Shown here piece by piece: positions 1-10,182 of a DNA stretch of 64,000 nt. Below the pieces are notes generated by a model, which was not told where the DNA came from, searched no databases, and was given only the letters and a program-made list of their open reading frames with translations. Within the stretch, counting starts at the first letter, position 1, and each line of letters opens with the position of its first letter. The position numbers and the translations under genes are program-made. This DNA is from Chrysemys picta bellii (Eukaryota), in assembly GCF_011386835.1 (NCBI RefSeq), contig NC_088796.1:51398001-51462000 (forward strand), in the 5' to 3' direction.

Positions 1-11
1 CCGATTTGATG

Positions 12-165
12 CATTTATCCTTATAACATCCCTGTGAGTTAAGGAGGTATTAATATCCCCATTTTACAGATGGGGAACCCAGGCACAGAGAGCTTACGTG
101 ACTTACCCAAGGTCACAGAGGAAGTATAGAGTAGAGCAGGAAATTGAGCCTTGATCTCCTAAGTC
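12..165 (-). mobile_element. MIR-like CORE-SINE fragment
   Basis: ATCCCCATTTTACAGATGGGGAACCCAGGCACAGAGAG...GTGACTTACCCAAGGTCACAG is the reverse complement of the MIR core (recalled consensus). Confidence 0.8.
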
Positions 166-353
166 TCCGATCTTGTCTCCTCCTCAGCTTACCTCTGTTT
201 ACCTCTTGACTTGGTGTCCTGTTCCCCTTCTCTCCTCCAATACTAGTCTACTCTTCCTTACTCCTATTACCATGTGTTCAGTGCTTTAATTCTACCATTC
301 CTATATTTACCACTTGGTTTGCTTAGGAACATAAGATTTCCCATGATTTATTA

Positions 354-660
354 TGTCTGTCTGGAGTCCAACAAGGGTAGTCGGAACCAAGGGTCAGAGC
401 AGGGGCAAGCCTGAGGCTCAGAGTGGCAGGGAAGTTCACAGTCAGGTTCCAGGCCAGGGCTGATACCAAGGGTCAGAGTCCAAGTCAGGAGGCAAAATCA
501 AAATCAAGACAAGGTCAAAGCCAGGCATTTAGGAACAAGGAGCCAGAATGATCATAGCATCTACAAGAGAGCCACACTGTTGACTGAAAATTTCCTGAAG
601 CACCCCTTAGGTTTATATAGGTCAGGGAACCAATCACGAGCCATGAGGCTGCTGCTGTCA
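354..660 (-). mobile_element. Possible degenerate LTR fragment
   Basis: Iterated GGGTCAGAG/AGTCAGG motifs followed by TTTATATAG (TATA on the minus strand) and CCAATC resemble an inverted Gypsy-type LTR. No TSD found. Confidence 0.3.
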
Positions 661-929
661 AACCCCTTGAGGCAGGCCTGCCCATGGTCTGTGTCCACAG
701 CTGTAATGGACAGTGGAGCACAACCTTATTACAGCTGCCACTGGGTGGCCGTGTGGAAATGCCAGCTGCTTACCTGTTCTGTAGGCCTGTGTTCTGGACC
801 TCTGGGGCCTTCAAAAGTCTATTATCTTGCCTTTAGGAGCTGGGAAAACTTAATGCTTCTTGGGGAAAGCAGAAAACAAAAACTCACAATGCCCCTGGCC
901 ACTTGTGTAATGTTTTACATGAAATAATG

Positions 930-1150
930 TCTTCCTAAACTGTGCTTGATAACTTTGCAGCTTGAATCATGAGATTTACATAGCTACAGCACAGTGGGTC
1001 ATAAAATTTTCCAGCCCCTTTTATAATCCAGCTACAGTGATTTATCTCCATGCTCTCCTGCAACAGTGAATTCAACAGACTGCCTACAGATTGTTGTGAA
1101 GAATATTTCTTTATATTTGTTTTGAATTACCTGTCTTCCATTGAATCAAG
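930..1150 (-). mobile_element. Old CR1 LINE 3' region fragment
   Basis: ACAGTGAATTCAACAG...TGTGAAGAATATTTCTTTATATTTGTTTTGAAT resembles the antisense of the CR1 ORF2 3' end. Confidence 0.4.
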
Positions 1151-1166
1151 TTATTAGTTAAATTAG

Positions 1167-1522
1167 GAAATGTGTAAGGTAGATAAAGAGCTGGCTAACC
1201 GGCAGAGGCAATGGGTTGTGCTAAAAGGCAAATTATCAGACTGGAGGGAAGTTATTAGTGGAGTTCCTCAAGGATTGGTCTTGGGACCAATCTTATTCAA
1301 TATTTTTATGAATGATGTTGGCACAAAAAGCAGGAGTGTGCTAAAGAAATTTGCTGGTGATGCAAGTTGGGAGGCATCATTAATACAGAAGAGGATCTGA
1401 ATATTATACAGGAATATATGAATGACCTTGAAGACTGGAATGACAGAAATGGGATGAAATTCAATAGTACAAAGTGCAACATCATGCACTTAGGTTTAAT
1501 AATAAGAATTTCTGCTACTAGC
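1167..1522 (+). mobile_element. CR1 LINE ORF2 reverse transcriptase fragment (frameshifted)
   Basis: Translation contains SGVPQGLVLGPILFNIFMND and KFAGD (canonical SGVPQGSVLGP...FIND, KFADD), then DLEDW...GMKFNSTKCNIMHLG. Confidence 0.92.
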
Positions 1523-2040
1523 TGCAGAATTCCAGCCAGATGTCTTTAACAAAGGAGCCACTTATAATACCTGATCATTCATGGAGGAAGGTACACATGG
1601 ATTTATGTGTAGTAGGAAATCAAATATACCTAGTGATGGTTGCTTACTATTTGGGTTATTGAGAAAATAGATCCCTTACCTACAGCAACAGCAACCTTTA
1701 TTATTGAACACTGCAAAGCTCAGTTTGGCTGATATGGAATTCAAGAGACTGTTATTACTGATAATGAAACTCAGTTTTCCTGTTGGGAATTTGCAGTTTG
1801 CAGCATGAGCAGAATTCAAATATATCACAGCCTTGGTGCATACTGTGGATACGAATGGCAAGTCAGAAGCAGCTGTCAAGATTACCAAGAAACTATTAAA
1901 AAGGGCATACTGGGATAAAAAAGACCCATGGGCAGTGTTACTGGACTGGAGAAATACACCAAAAGAAGCTCAGTACACAGTTTTACATCACACTGCACAC
2001 AGAATCTACTGCCTACAGCAAATAACCTTTAAAGCCAGAG
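1523..2040 (+). mobile_element. Ty3/Gypsy integrase core fossil (stops and frameshifts)
   Basis: Across frames: KEPLIIPDHSWRKVHMDLC / EHCKAQFG*YGIQETVITDNETQF / NGKSEAAVKITKKLLKR...DPWAVLLDWRNTP / LPTANNL.KP. The D, D and E catalytic residues are all retained. Confidence 0.85.
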
Positions 2041-2150
2041 GGGGGCACTTAGGGATCTGGGGCAAAAGCAATACTTGGTCCTGCTAGTGAAGGCAGGGGG
2101 CTGGACTCGATGACCTTTCAAGGTCCCTTCCAATTCTAGGAGATAGGATA
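2041..2150 (+). mobile_element. 3' half of tortoise Pol III/SINE (CR1-derived tail)
   Basis: GGGGGCACTTAGGGATCTGGGGCAAAA...GGTCCTGCTAGTGAAGGCAGGGGGCTGGACTCGATGACCTTTCAAGGTCCCTTCC parallels the 3' part of the full SINE at 23936. Confidence 0.72.
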
Positions 2151-2381
2151 TCTTCATTAATTTAAATTTAAATTTAAAAAGACTGATCCCACATGTATAA
2201 AGATGCAGGAGAAAATGTCAATGACTATGAATGAAGTTCACCTCTGGGGTGACCCTTAGGAGTTAGCAAAGGTGATGGCAGAAAATCTAGCTGCACAGAA
2301 ATTTTCTGAGAGCAAAGAGCAAGAGAAGGAAGGGACTCAAAGTGGAACCATGTGAAGTGGAAGCTGTGAAGATGCCGAGTA

Positions 2382-2567
2382 CACCTCTACCTCCATATAA
2401 CGCGACCCGATATAACACAAATTCGGATATAACGTGGTACAGCAGTGCTCCGGGGGGGAAGGGGGGACTCTGGCGGATCAAAGCAAGCTCGATATAACGC
2501 GGTTTCACCTATAACGTGGTAAGATTTTTTTGGCTCCCGAGGACAGCATTATATCAGGGTAGAGGTG
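2382..2567. mobile_element. Tc1/mariner-superfamily (Tigger/pogo-like) MITE, copy 1
   Basis: TIRs CACCTCTACCTCCATATAAC / ATTATATCAGGGTAGAGGTG with TA on both flanks. Two more copies at 6782 and 36506. Confidence 0.85.
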
Positions 2568-4247
2568 TAGTTTCAGACTATTGAGTGAATTGAATTTACT
2601 CAGTTGTCTTCATAGGAAGAGATGTTACAAGAGAACTCTTATGTCTGTATATAGGTAAGTAGTTAATAGACAAGGTGCCAATAGATGGATGTCAAGAGTG
2701 TGTAGCATAGTTCCTGGGTTTTGTGGGACCAGTAATGAAACGTGTTGTGCACTGTAAATAGAGTCCTCTGTGCATCTCTTTACATCATCTCTTAACATAC
2801 CCCTTTTCTTACATGATGGGCCAAGGCAAAAAAGGAGGGGTTGGTGAATTTTTACTTTGTCCTTCATAATCTTAAAGGCCTCAGCTAAGTCTGCTTCCAG
2901 CCCCTTAGCTTATCTCAAAGCTTTTAAAAAATATCTCTTTAACTGCAGGCTTCCTTCTTACATTGGCACTTAACCACAAGTGGTGCCTGCTCCGCCCTCT
3001 CTCTCTCCTGTTTTCCACTTGTGAGCTGGGTCATGCACTGTTTATGTCAGTCCTTGTCAGGAGCATTTCTTCAATGATCTTTCATTGTTCAAATGTAGTT
3101 GGCAGAAGTAGGTGGGTCTGTTTCTTTAGTCTGAACTATTATCATGATAGGTACTCAAAGGATATAGCACTGAATTGCTCTGGTCACTCTCCACTTTCAT
3201 CTTTTGCACTGTCAAATTGTTTTCACCCAGGATGGCTCTTGTCCATCAAACATACCTTATCACTACCCTCTGGGAACTAGAAGAGATCCCCCCCTCCCAA
3301 CCGTCTTCAGAAGCTTATGAGCCCAATGAATTAACAGTGGTGAACAGTGTGCAGAACTAGGGGAAGGTACATCTGTTTTACTTTTATTTAAGTTTTCTGA
3401 GGGGATGCTACTAGGGTAGAACCACCCCTAAAACTCATCTTTAAGCAGCGCTCTCTTTGCCTGGATCTCACCTTAATTTATCATCTCTTAGCAAAAGGAA
3501 ATCTGTACTACACAGGTAGAGCACTGACATGAAATTCTCCTTCAGTGGTTCCAGGAGACTACTAAAATACATACTACAATGTAATCCCATAAAGCTAGAT
3601 ACCCTCTGGTCATGGCCCCTTTCTTGCCCAGTGTCCTTCATGTTTCCAGGGCCACTAATCCTGTGGGGAAAGAGAGATTACAACTGCCTTGGGCTGTAAC
3701 AATCTACTCTAGTGGATTTTTTTCCAACAGATGACCTGTGCTGTGACATGGACAACAGAAGATTGATTAAACAAAGAGAAAATCTGGCCTAAAGAATACA
3801 GCCTGGACTTGTTCCTGCTCCCATTAAAGGCAATGGGAACAGGATCAGGTTCTGGGTAGTATATATATGGTTTTTGCCATATATTTGCCTCAGTGAATTT
3901 TCTAATAATTTTTGATCAAATGTAAATTATGTGTATCTGAGGCAATTATCCAACAAAAAACAACTTTCTGTAGAGTACAGTGGGGTTACAAGATTTAATG
4001 CCTGTCATTTTTATTATAATTTCCTTCTGTCTTGTACAGTGACACCATCTGAATGTAATCAATATTGACATGGTAAGATGGAAATAGAAAAAGAAAGAGG
4101 TTATAGTTTAAAATGAAAAAGAAGACACTGTAATTAACAGTATGCTCTTTTGTATGTTTGTAACAGACTTTTTGGTGGAAGGCTATTTACAGTAGCTTGT
4201 TGACAAGGCACAAATGTTTATTAGGAGTGAAAATAATACCAACTAGT

Positions 4248-4272
4248 TCTCTCTCTCTCTCTCTCTCTCTCT
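4248..4272. repeat. (TC)n microsatellite
   Basis: About 12 TC units read directly. Confidence 0.95.
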
Positions 4273-4298
4273 GCAGAAACAGAAAAAACTGCAGTGAA

Positions 4299-4313
4299 TC
4301 AGCAGAGGGCGTC
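4299..4313 (+). promoter_or_regulatory. Candidate CTCF site
   Basis: TCAGCAGAGGGCGTC matches the CTCF core CCAGCAGAGGGCGC closely. Motif match only. Confidence 0.35.
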
Positions 4314-5799
4314 AGCAGCCTGTGTTTCAAAATGATTATAATGGAGGAACAGATCAGTAAATTTGCTAACAGAGTTTAATAGACCAATCATGAGTGGCAG
4401 CTTTTAACTAGCACATGGAGACTCTTAAAGCGTCTATATAACAGTGACAATTTACTGTGGGGAAGCCATTTAGATTGCAATTAAAATATATATAAATAAA
4501 GAAAACAATGACCCAGCACTAGAATACAGCAGACAATATCTAATGACTGTGACTGAGATCATTTTTGCAGGTCGCCTGCTGCTACTCTAGGCTGGGGCGC
4601 TTTCTGATGCCAATGGATACACGCTGGATTAAATGAAGCCATCTACTATTTACAATGTGGTTTGAGTTTGTGCTCTCTTAGAATTGTAGTGCCCCTATGG
4701 AGCAATAGCTCACTGAAGAGGACAAATGTAGAACAGCATACGAACAATGAACAAGCAATAATAGATAGCTGGGATGTTTTAATTTTTATCCAAAATTTAA
4801 CTCATTTGGTTTCTTAATGGAAAACAAAAAGCTTATGAAGCTTCTGGTATGTTGTAACCAGGCAAACAACATTTAGTGTCCTGGAAATTGAATTCAGATT
4901 TTTGGGAAGCTTCCTAGACTAGCAGGCTTCACAAAACTGGATTGTGCCAGACATTTCTCACATGGTGGCCATTGCCATTTACTTTAAAGGATCCTGTTAG
5001 AAGAGGAGAATTCTAAAGTGACTGCAATGTGAGCCACTCTAAACCCCACTTTCCAGATCTAGCTCGGGATAAAGAGTTTGGGGAGGGGGGAATGGAAAGC
5101 TAGGGTTTTTTTTTTACATGAGCTCCTTTTCTTGCTTTTCATATCTTCTGAATTAGACTAGAGAACCATTTCAGAATCCCAGCAATATTTCCCCAGTGCA
5201 ATTGCAATGGCCCTGCAGCCCGAGGGCAGGTCTTGTCATCGCTAGAAAGAAAAAGCGCCTTGACTTGTATTTGAAAGGCAATGAAATTCTCTTTGAAAGC
5301 AATGACCTTGGGCCTTGGTTGTGATAGATTTACTGTACTCTGACTGATGGATTATGGTTAATTTTTCTCCTTTCTCCTGCCTTTCAGGGAGGCAGGGAGG
5401 AGAGGGAAACTATGTGGTTGCTAAAATAGTGACCCCGTCCCCCCCAGCTAAGACACTATATTTCTTAACCCTTGCCCACCCTTGGGCTCATCAACCATCT
5501 GTCAGAATGTAACATTTTGAATTCAAGGGTAATGGTCAATGAGGGCAAGTAAAAAAAATGGACCCACAAATAACTAAGTATCTTCAGAGCCCAAGAAGAG
5601 CTTGCTTAGACACATGCGGATTTCCTTCTTGCTTCCTGTGCCAAGATCTCACTCAGTCACAAATTGATTTCCTCCTATAGCCTTGTGCTGGAGTTCTCAA
5701 TAAGATCTAGGAGGCAAAGGAGGGATGGTCAGCTTACCTTGCCCTGTCTTGTGTCTGCTGCCTCAATTTCTCCCATTCTTGGTCTCCCCAATAAATGAA

Positions 5800-6168
5800 C
5801 AACTGACATAGTACAAGTAACATCCCCTGCTTTGGGTCTGGTTTATTAACAAAATAGAACAGTTCAATGTGAACTCAGATACAAACCTTGCAGCCTAGGC
5901 TGTACAATTCATTCCTGAAATTGTTTCTTTTCCATCTGAGGCTTTCTCTCCGGCTCCCCGCCTCCCACTTGATTAGGGCAGAGAGCCCTCTCCTAGGTCC
6001 TTCCCCTGACCCTGGGTCCCCTCTCTATCTGAACAGGCTGCCTCTTGAAGTGCCGTCTCTGGTCTATCAGCATGTGACCCTTGGTCATCTGACTCACCCT
6101 CAGGCCAGAGTTTGGAAACAGAGTTTGGGATACATGCACTTGTCCAAGGACTTCAGCCCCCTGTTACA
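5800..6168 (-). mobile_element. Possible LTR fragment
   Basis: Ends in TGTTACA and contains TTTATT (AATAAA on the minus strand). Other end and TSD not found. Confidence 0.3.
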
Positions 6169-6781
6169 CACTGATACTTGTGTATTCCCTCAGGAAGAGA
6201 CAAAAAGAAGAGGTATAATAAACAAATGAGAGAGAAAGAGACTATGTTGAGATTTGTTTCTAAGTTCCGGTAAACCATCTGTAGTCACTCTACATATCCA
6301 TTGCAAAAAGGTCAAACCATGGGCTAATGCTGCACTTGACTACTATTCATACGTGCATGGAGATATTCATTTTCCGAATGCATGGGAGAGATTGCTGACA
6401 GTTTGAAAGCATGGGCCTCTCTGAATCATGGACAGGAAATAAAGCCTGGCATATTTTTCAAAGGTGTGGATAAGCAAAAAGATTTGAAACAGTTCATATC
6501 AGTCACTACCTTTTATCTGTGCTGGCAAATGATGCACCACTAAGATGGATGTGACTAAATTTAAATGCTTTCACAGCAAGTTTATCCCAAGAGATTTTTT
6601 GGTTTTTTTTTTTAAACAATTCTTAATAATAACTCCTTGGATGTGTTTCGTGGCTTTTTTTTATCAGAGTTGAGCCTTCCCTCTTTTTCTTTGTCATTAG
6701 CTTCCCCAAAAAGGCTTTCTCTTTGAAAACATCTTTAAAAGGATCTCCAGGTGGAGCTAAAAAAGAGACTTGCCATAGCTA

Positions 6782-6972
6782 CACCTTTACCCTGATATAA
6801 CGTGACCCGATATAACATGAATTCGGATATAACACGGTAAAGCAGTGCTCCGGGCCGGGGGGGAGGCTGTGCGCTCCAGCGGATCAAAGCAAGTTCAATA
6901 TAACGCGGTTTCACCTATAATGCGGTAAGATTTTTTGGCTCCCGAGGACAGCGTTATATCAGGGTAGAGGTG
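6782..6972. mobile_element. Tc1/mariner-superfamily MITE, copy 2
   Basis: TIRs CACCTTTACCCTGATATAACG / CGTTATATCAGGGTAGAGGTG, TA flanks, internal sequence matches copy 1. Confidence 0.85.
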
Positions 6973-7221
6973 TACTTCTAGCTAACTCCCAAGTTGATTT
7001 TTACGGTAGATATGTCAGTCTGATTTTATTCCTTCTTCTGTACAGTAAGTTGCTGACAAGAAGAAACTAATTTTTGACTAAGGCTAATAAAAGTAGAAGT
7101 CAAGCAAAATCATGTCCCATATTGCCAGGGTATGAATGGGGATGTTGTCCTCAAAGTCACTTCACTGCTATACTTGAATTTCGGTGGCAGTATTAGGGGG
7201 CTGCACTTTTGTTTTGCTCTC

Positions 7222-7598
7222 TTTTAATGTAGTGCTTTTGAGAGGTACTGGGAGTCACAGCCATGAGACTGAAATCCACAGAGCAGGTAGAGCACAGGCC
7301 ACAGCACTATCAGTGCACCTCATCCCGTAGCTGGAGAAGGTAGTTTAGTCTCCACGGACCATTCATTTGTTGGTCTCTCTGCTAAGCATGTCCACAAAGG
7401 TGCCAGTTGGTGTCAATTGCCACAGTGGCTTTTGTGATATACAGACCTGTTCTCTTGAAACTGGACTTAGACTGTAAAGCATTCATCAGATGGTAACAAC
7501 TTTTGTTCACTGCCACCCTGGACTAGATTAGAAAAGGCTGATTCAGAAGGGAACAAACCTTGGACCCAATTATCAGTTCTCTGTGCCAGCTGCTTTCT
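7222..7598 (-). mobile_element. LF-SINE, near full length
   Basis: The minus strand reads GTTACCATCTGATG...AGTCCAGTT...CAATTGACACCAACTGGCACC...AGCAGAGAGACCAA...GGAGACTAAACTACC...CCTGCTCTGTGGAT, collinear with the recalled LF-SINE consensus. Confidence 0.8.
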
Positions 7599-8422
7599 TA
7601 ACAGAAGAAATACAGTGACTTTGACTTTGTTACTGGCGTTCTTTTATTTAGTCTGACCTCCTATGCTGAGGGGGTAATGGGAGTCTTCTTGATTGAACTC
7701 AGGTGAGCCCTAAACTATATTTTTTTAAAAAGAAGAAAACTATGAAGAAAAATAAAGCCAGAGAAGTAGTTGTGTAGCTTTTGCTTTGTGCTGACTTACT
7801 AATATTCCCAGAAACAATCCTTTGGATACCAATGGATTAGCACATAATTTTGAAATATCGTGGATTCACTGACATCGTATTGTTTTGCTCAGGAAGTGGT
7901 TTGTTATTGTTAACAAAAATGTGACATGACTAAGTAAATTGAGTCAGTTGCAGGGATTTTTTCAATTTAACGTGAATTCGTTAGTTTGGGGGCTGTTTCA
8001 ATAAGCAAGCAGAGCCACTGGGAAAATCTGTACATAATAGCAATGGCTTCCCATACAACAATAAAGATGGTGGGTATTCATAGAGATTAATGGGAGCCAT
8101 TGGCAGGGCTGTGCCAAAAGGAGCCAGTGATTGGGCTGAAGTTGATAGCAAAAACCTTTTCAAAATCTGTAATAAAAGCTGAGATAGCAACTTTGATATT
8201 TTTGTCATTCAGAAACAATAGTCACTTGTAGAGCTGATTGACTCATTCTGTGTGAATAAATTATCGGAGAAATGTGGCTCTTATTTCTATTTGTGAGTTG
8301 TTCAGAATTGATACCCCTTCTGTGAATGTATTTATTTATATGTCTTTACCGAATAGATTCAACAAATGCCTTTCAGCCTGTGAGGTTTCTGAGAACTGTG
8401 GTGGATATTGCTGCGCCCCTAA

Positions 8423-8776
8423 GGCCATGTCTACATACAGGTTATACTAATTTAATTAAAACAGTTTAGAAAGTGATGTGGTTAAATTGGTGCAACCACC
8501 TCATGTGGACACTCTTCAGTTGCTTTAAAAGTGCCTTATATCAAAGTATCTGAAGTCAGTAAGAAATCTAAATCAATATTAGGCTCTTTGGGACAGGGTC
8601 TGCCTCTTTGTTATATGCTTGCACAGTGCCCACCATTGGTGCCCTGATCTCTAGGTGCTACCATAATACAAATAATAATTTAAGACTGTCCACACAAAGG
8701 TGTTGGAGTGATTTATCTGCATCAGTTTCTACAATTATATAGTTAAATGAGCACCACTTGCTTGTGTAGACAGGCC
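8423..8776. mobile_element. PIF/Harbinger-type MITE
   Basis: TIRs GGCCATGTCTACA / TGTAGACAGGCC with a perfect TAA TSD (8420-8422 and 8777-8779). Confidence 0.8.
8580..8679 (+). mobile_element. L2-type 3' tail nested in MITE
   Basis: AGGCTCTTTGGGACAGGG...TGCACAGTGCC...TAGGTGCTACCATAATACAAATAATAAT matches the amniote L2 3' end. Confidence 0.7.
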
Positions 8777-9321
8777 TAAATCACATGGTGTTGTTTCTGC
8801 TCCCTGTTTTGGGCACTGAAATTTTTCAAGCAATAGAATAATGAATAATAAATAGAAAATAGCAAACACATGAGTACTCATGTTCATAAACAAATGCCTT
8901 TGTTTGCTTGTGACTGTGGGGATTTGTATGAAGCACAGTCATTTGTGTGAAAAAACACAAATAATAAGAAATCTGAACATGCTCAGACCAAACAGCAACT
9001 GGAATCCAAACAAATGCCCACAATTTTTGGCGTGTTAGACAACTTCTAGTAATTGCTTAATTGCTGGCTCCGTCTTTTAAATTGTCTGAGTCCGAGTTAA
9101 TCCCAGAAAACGTCGAAGTTGGAGGTACAATTTAAAAAAATCATTGGATTATAACAACATTTAACAAACTTTGCTTTTTGAGACAATTTTTGCTCTTAAT
9201 TACCGTGGAGTTGAATGAGACCAGAATAACTTCACTGACTTCAGATTGACACCATTGTAATTTACATCAGAATTTCACCCTCTGTAATCAGAGTGTATTA
9301 GAAACATTAACTAATTCCAAT

Positions 9322-9410
9322 ACTCATAATGCCCCTGTGAATTAGGTAAATATTAGTATTCCCATTTAGGCTGCAGAAGGAGTCAGTGACAGAGTGCAAT
9401 TAGGATTATG
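9322..9410 (-). mobile_element. Degenerate MIR-like fragment
   Basis: CATAATGCCCCTGTGAATTAGGTAAATATTAGTATTCCCATTT resembles the antisense MIR 3' core. Confidence 0.35.
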
Positions 9411-10182
9411 TTTGGCAAAAAGAGAAACAATTTTTGTAGAAAAAATATCTGAAGGAGTGAGGGAATAGTTTTATTGAAAACCAGATATATGGATGAGCCT
9501 GATATTCTTCAGAGGTCTTTAGCTCTGCTTTCTGAACAGTTGGACCACAGTGATTGAATTTCTGGATTAAAAGACCTGATTATTTGGATTCTTTCAATCC
9601 TTTGTATTTTTTAAAGTGTTTTATGGTCTTGGTTCTTATCCTGTTTATTACAGTGTAAATTAGAAATAATGGCATTGAAGTCAATAGCATCACCCAGATG
9701 TAAAATGGATATGAGACCAAATGAGGCCCTATGTTTTTCTTTGGTGGGTAGGAATATTAAAGGCGGTTTCTTGAATAACATATCTAAACATTTTCTTTTG
9801 TAGTTGACTTTCTTGCAAAAGCAATAAAAAGAAATTAATAAAAGAAGATGACAATCTTTTCTTCAGTGGAGTGTTATTTTGCTGATGTAGTAAACCTAGC
9901 TGACATCCAGAATAGCTTATGTCTGCCAACTACAGGCTGATGTTGGCTGGCTGCTCTTTTCCCTCAGCTCTCACTGTAATGGAGAGAGTCTTAAGTCCTG
10001 TTCTGTCCTTTATGATCATGCATGAGGATGAATCTAAGAGGAAGGGGATGAAATTCAGAATGTGAAAGTGTAGGGTGAATAGCAGGAAAAAATCCTGCCC
10101 AGCAGGGGACTATTAGACTGTGGGCTGGACTCACAAGAAAAATGATGAACGCTCCATCACATGGGAAATTTGAAACTAGACT

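Noticed and set aside
3231-3360. Acceptor plus short frames resembling a terminal coding exon
   Set aside because: No recognisable protein and no linked upstream exon.
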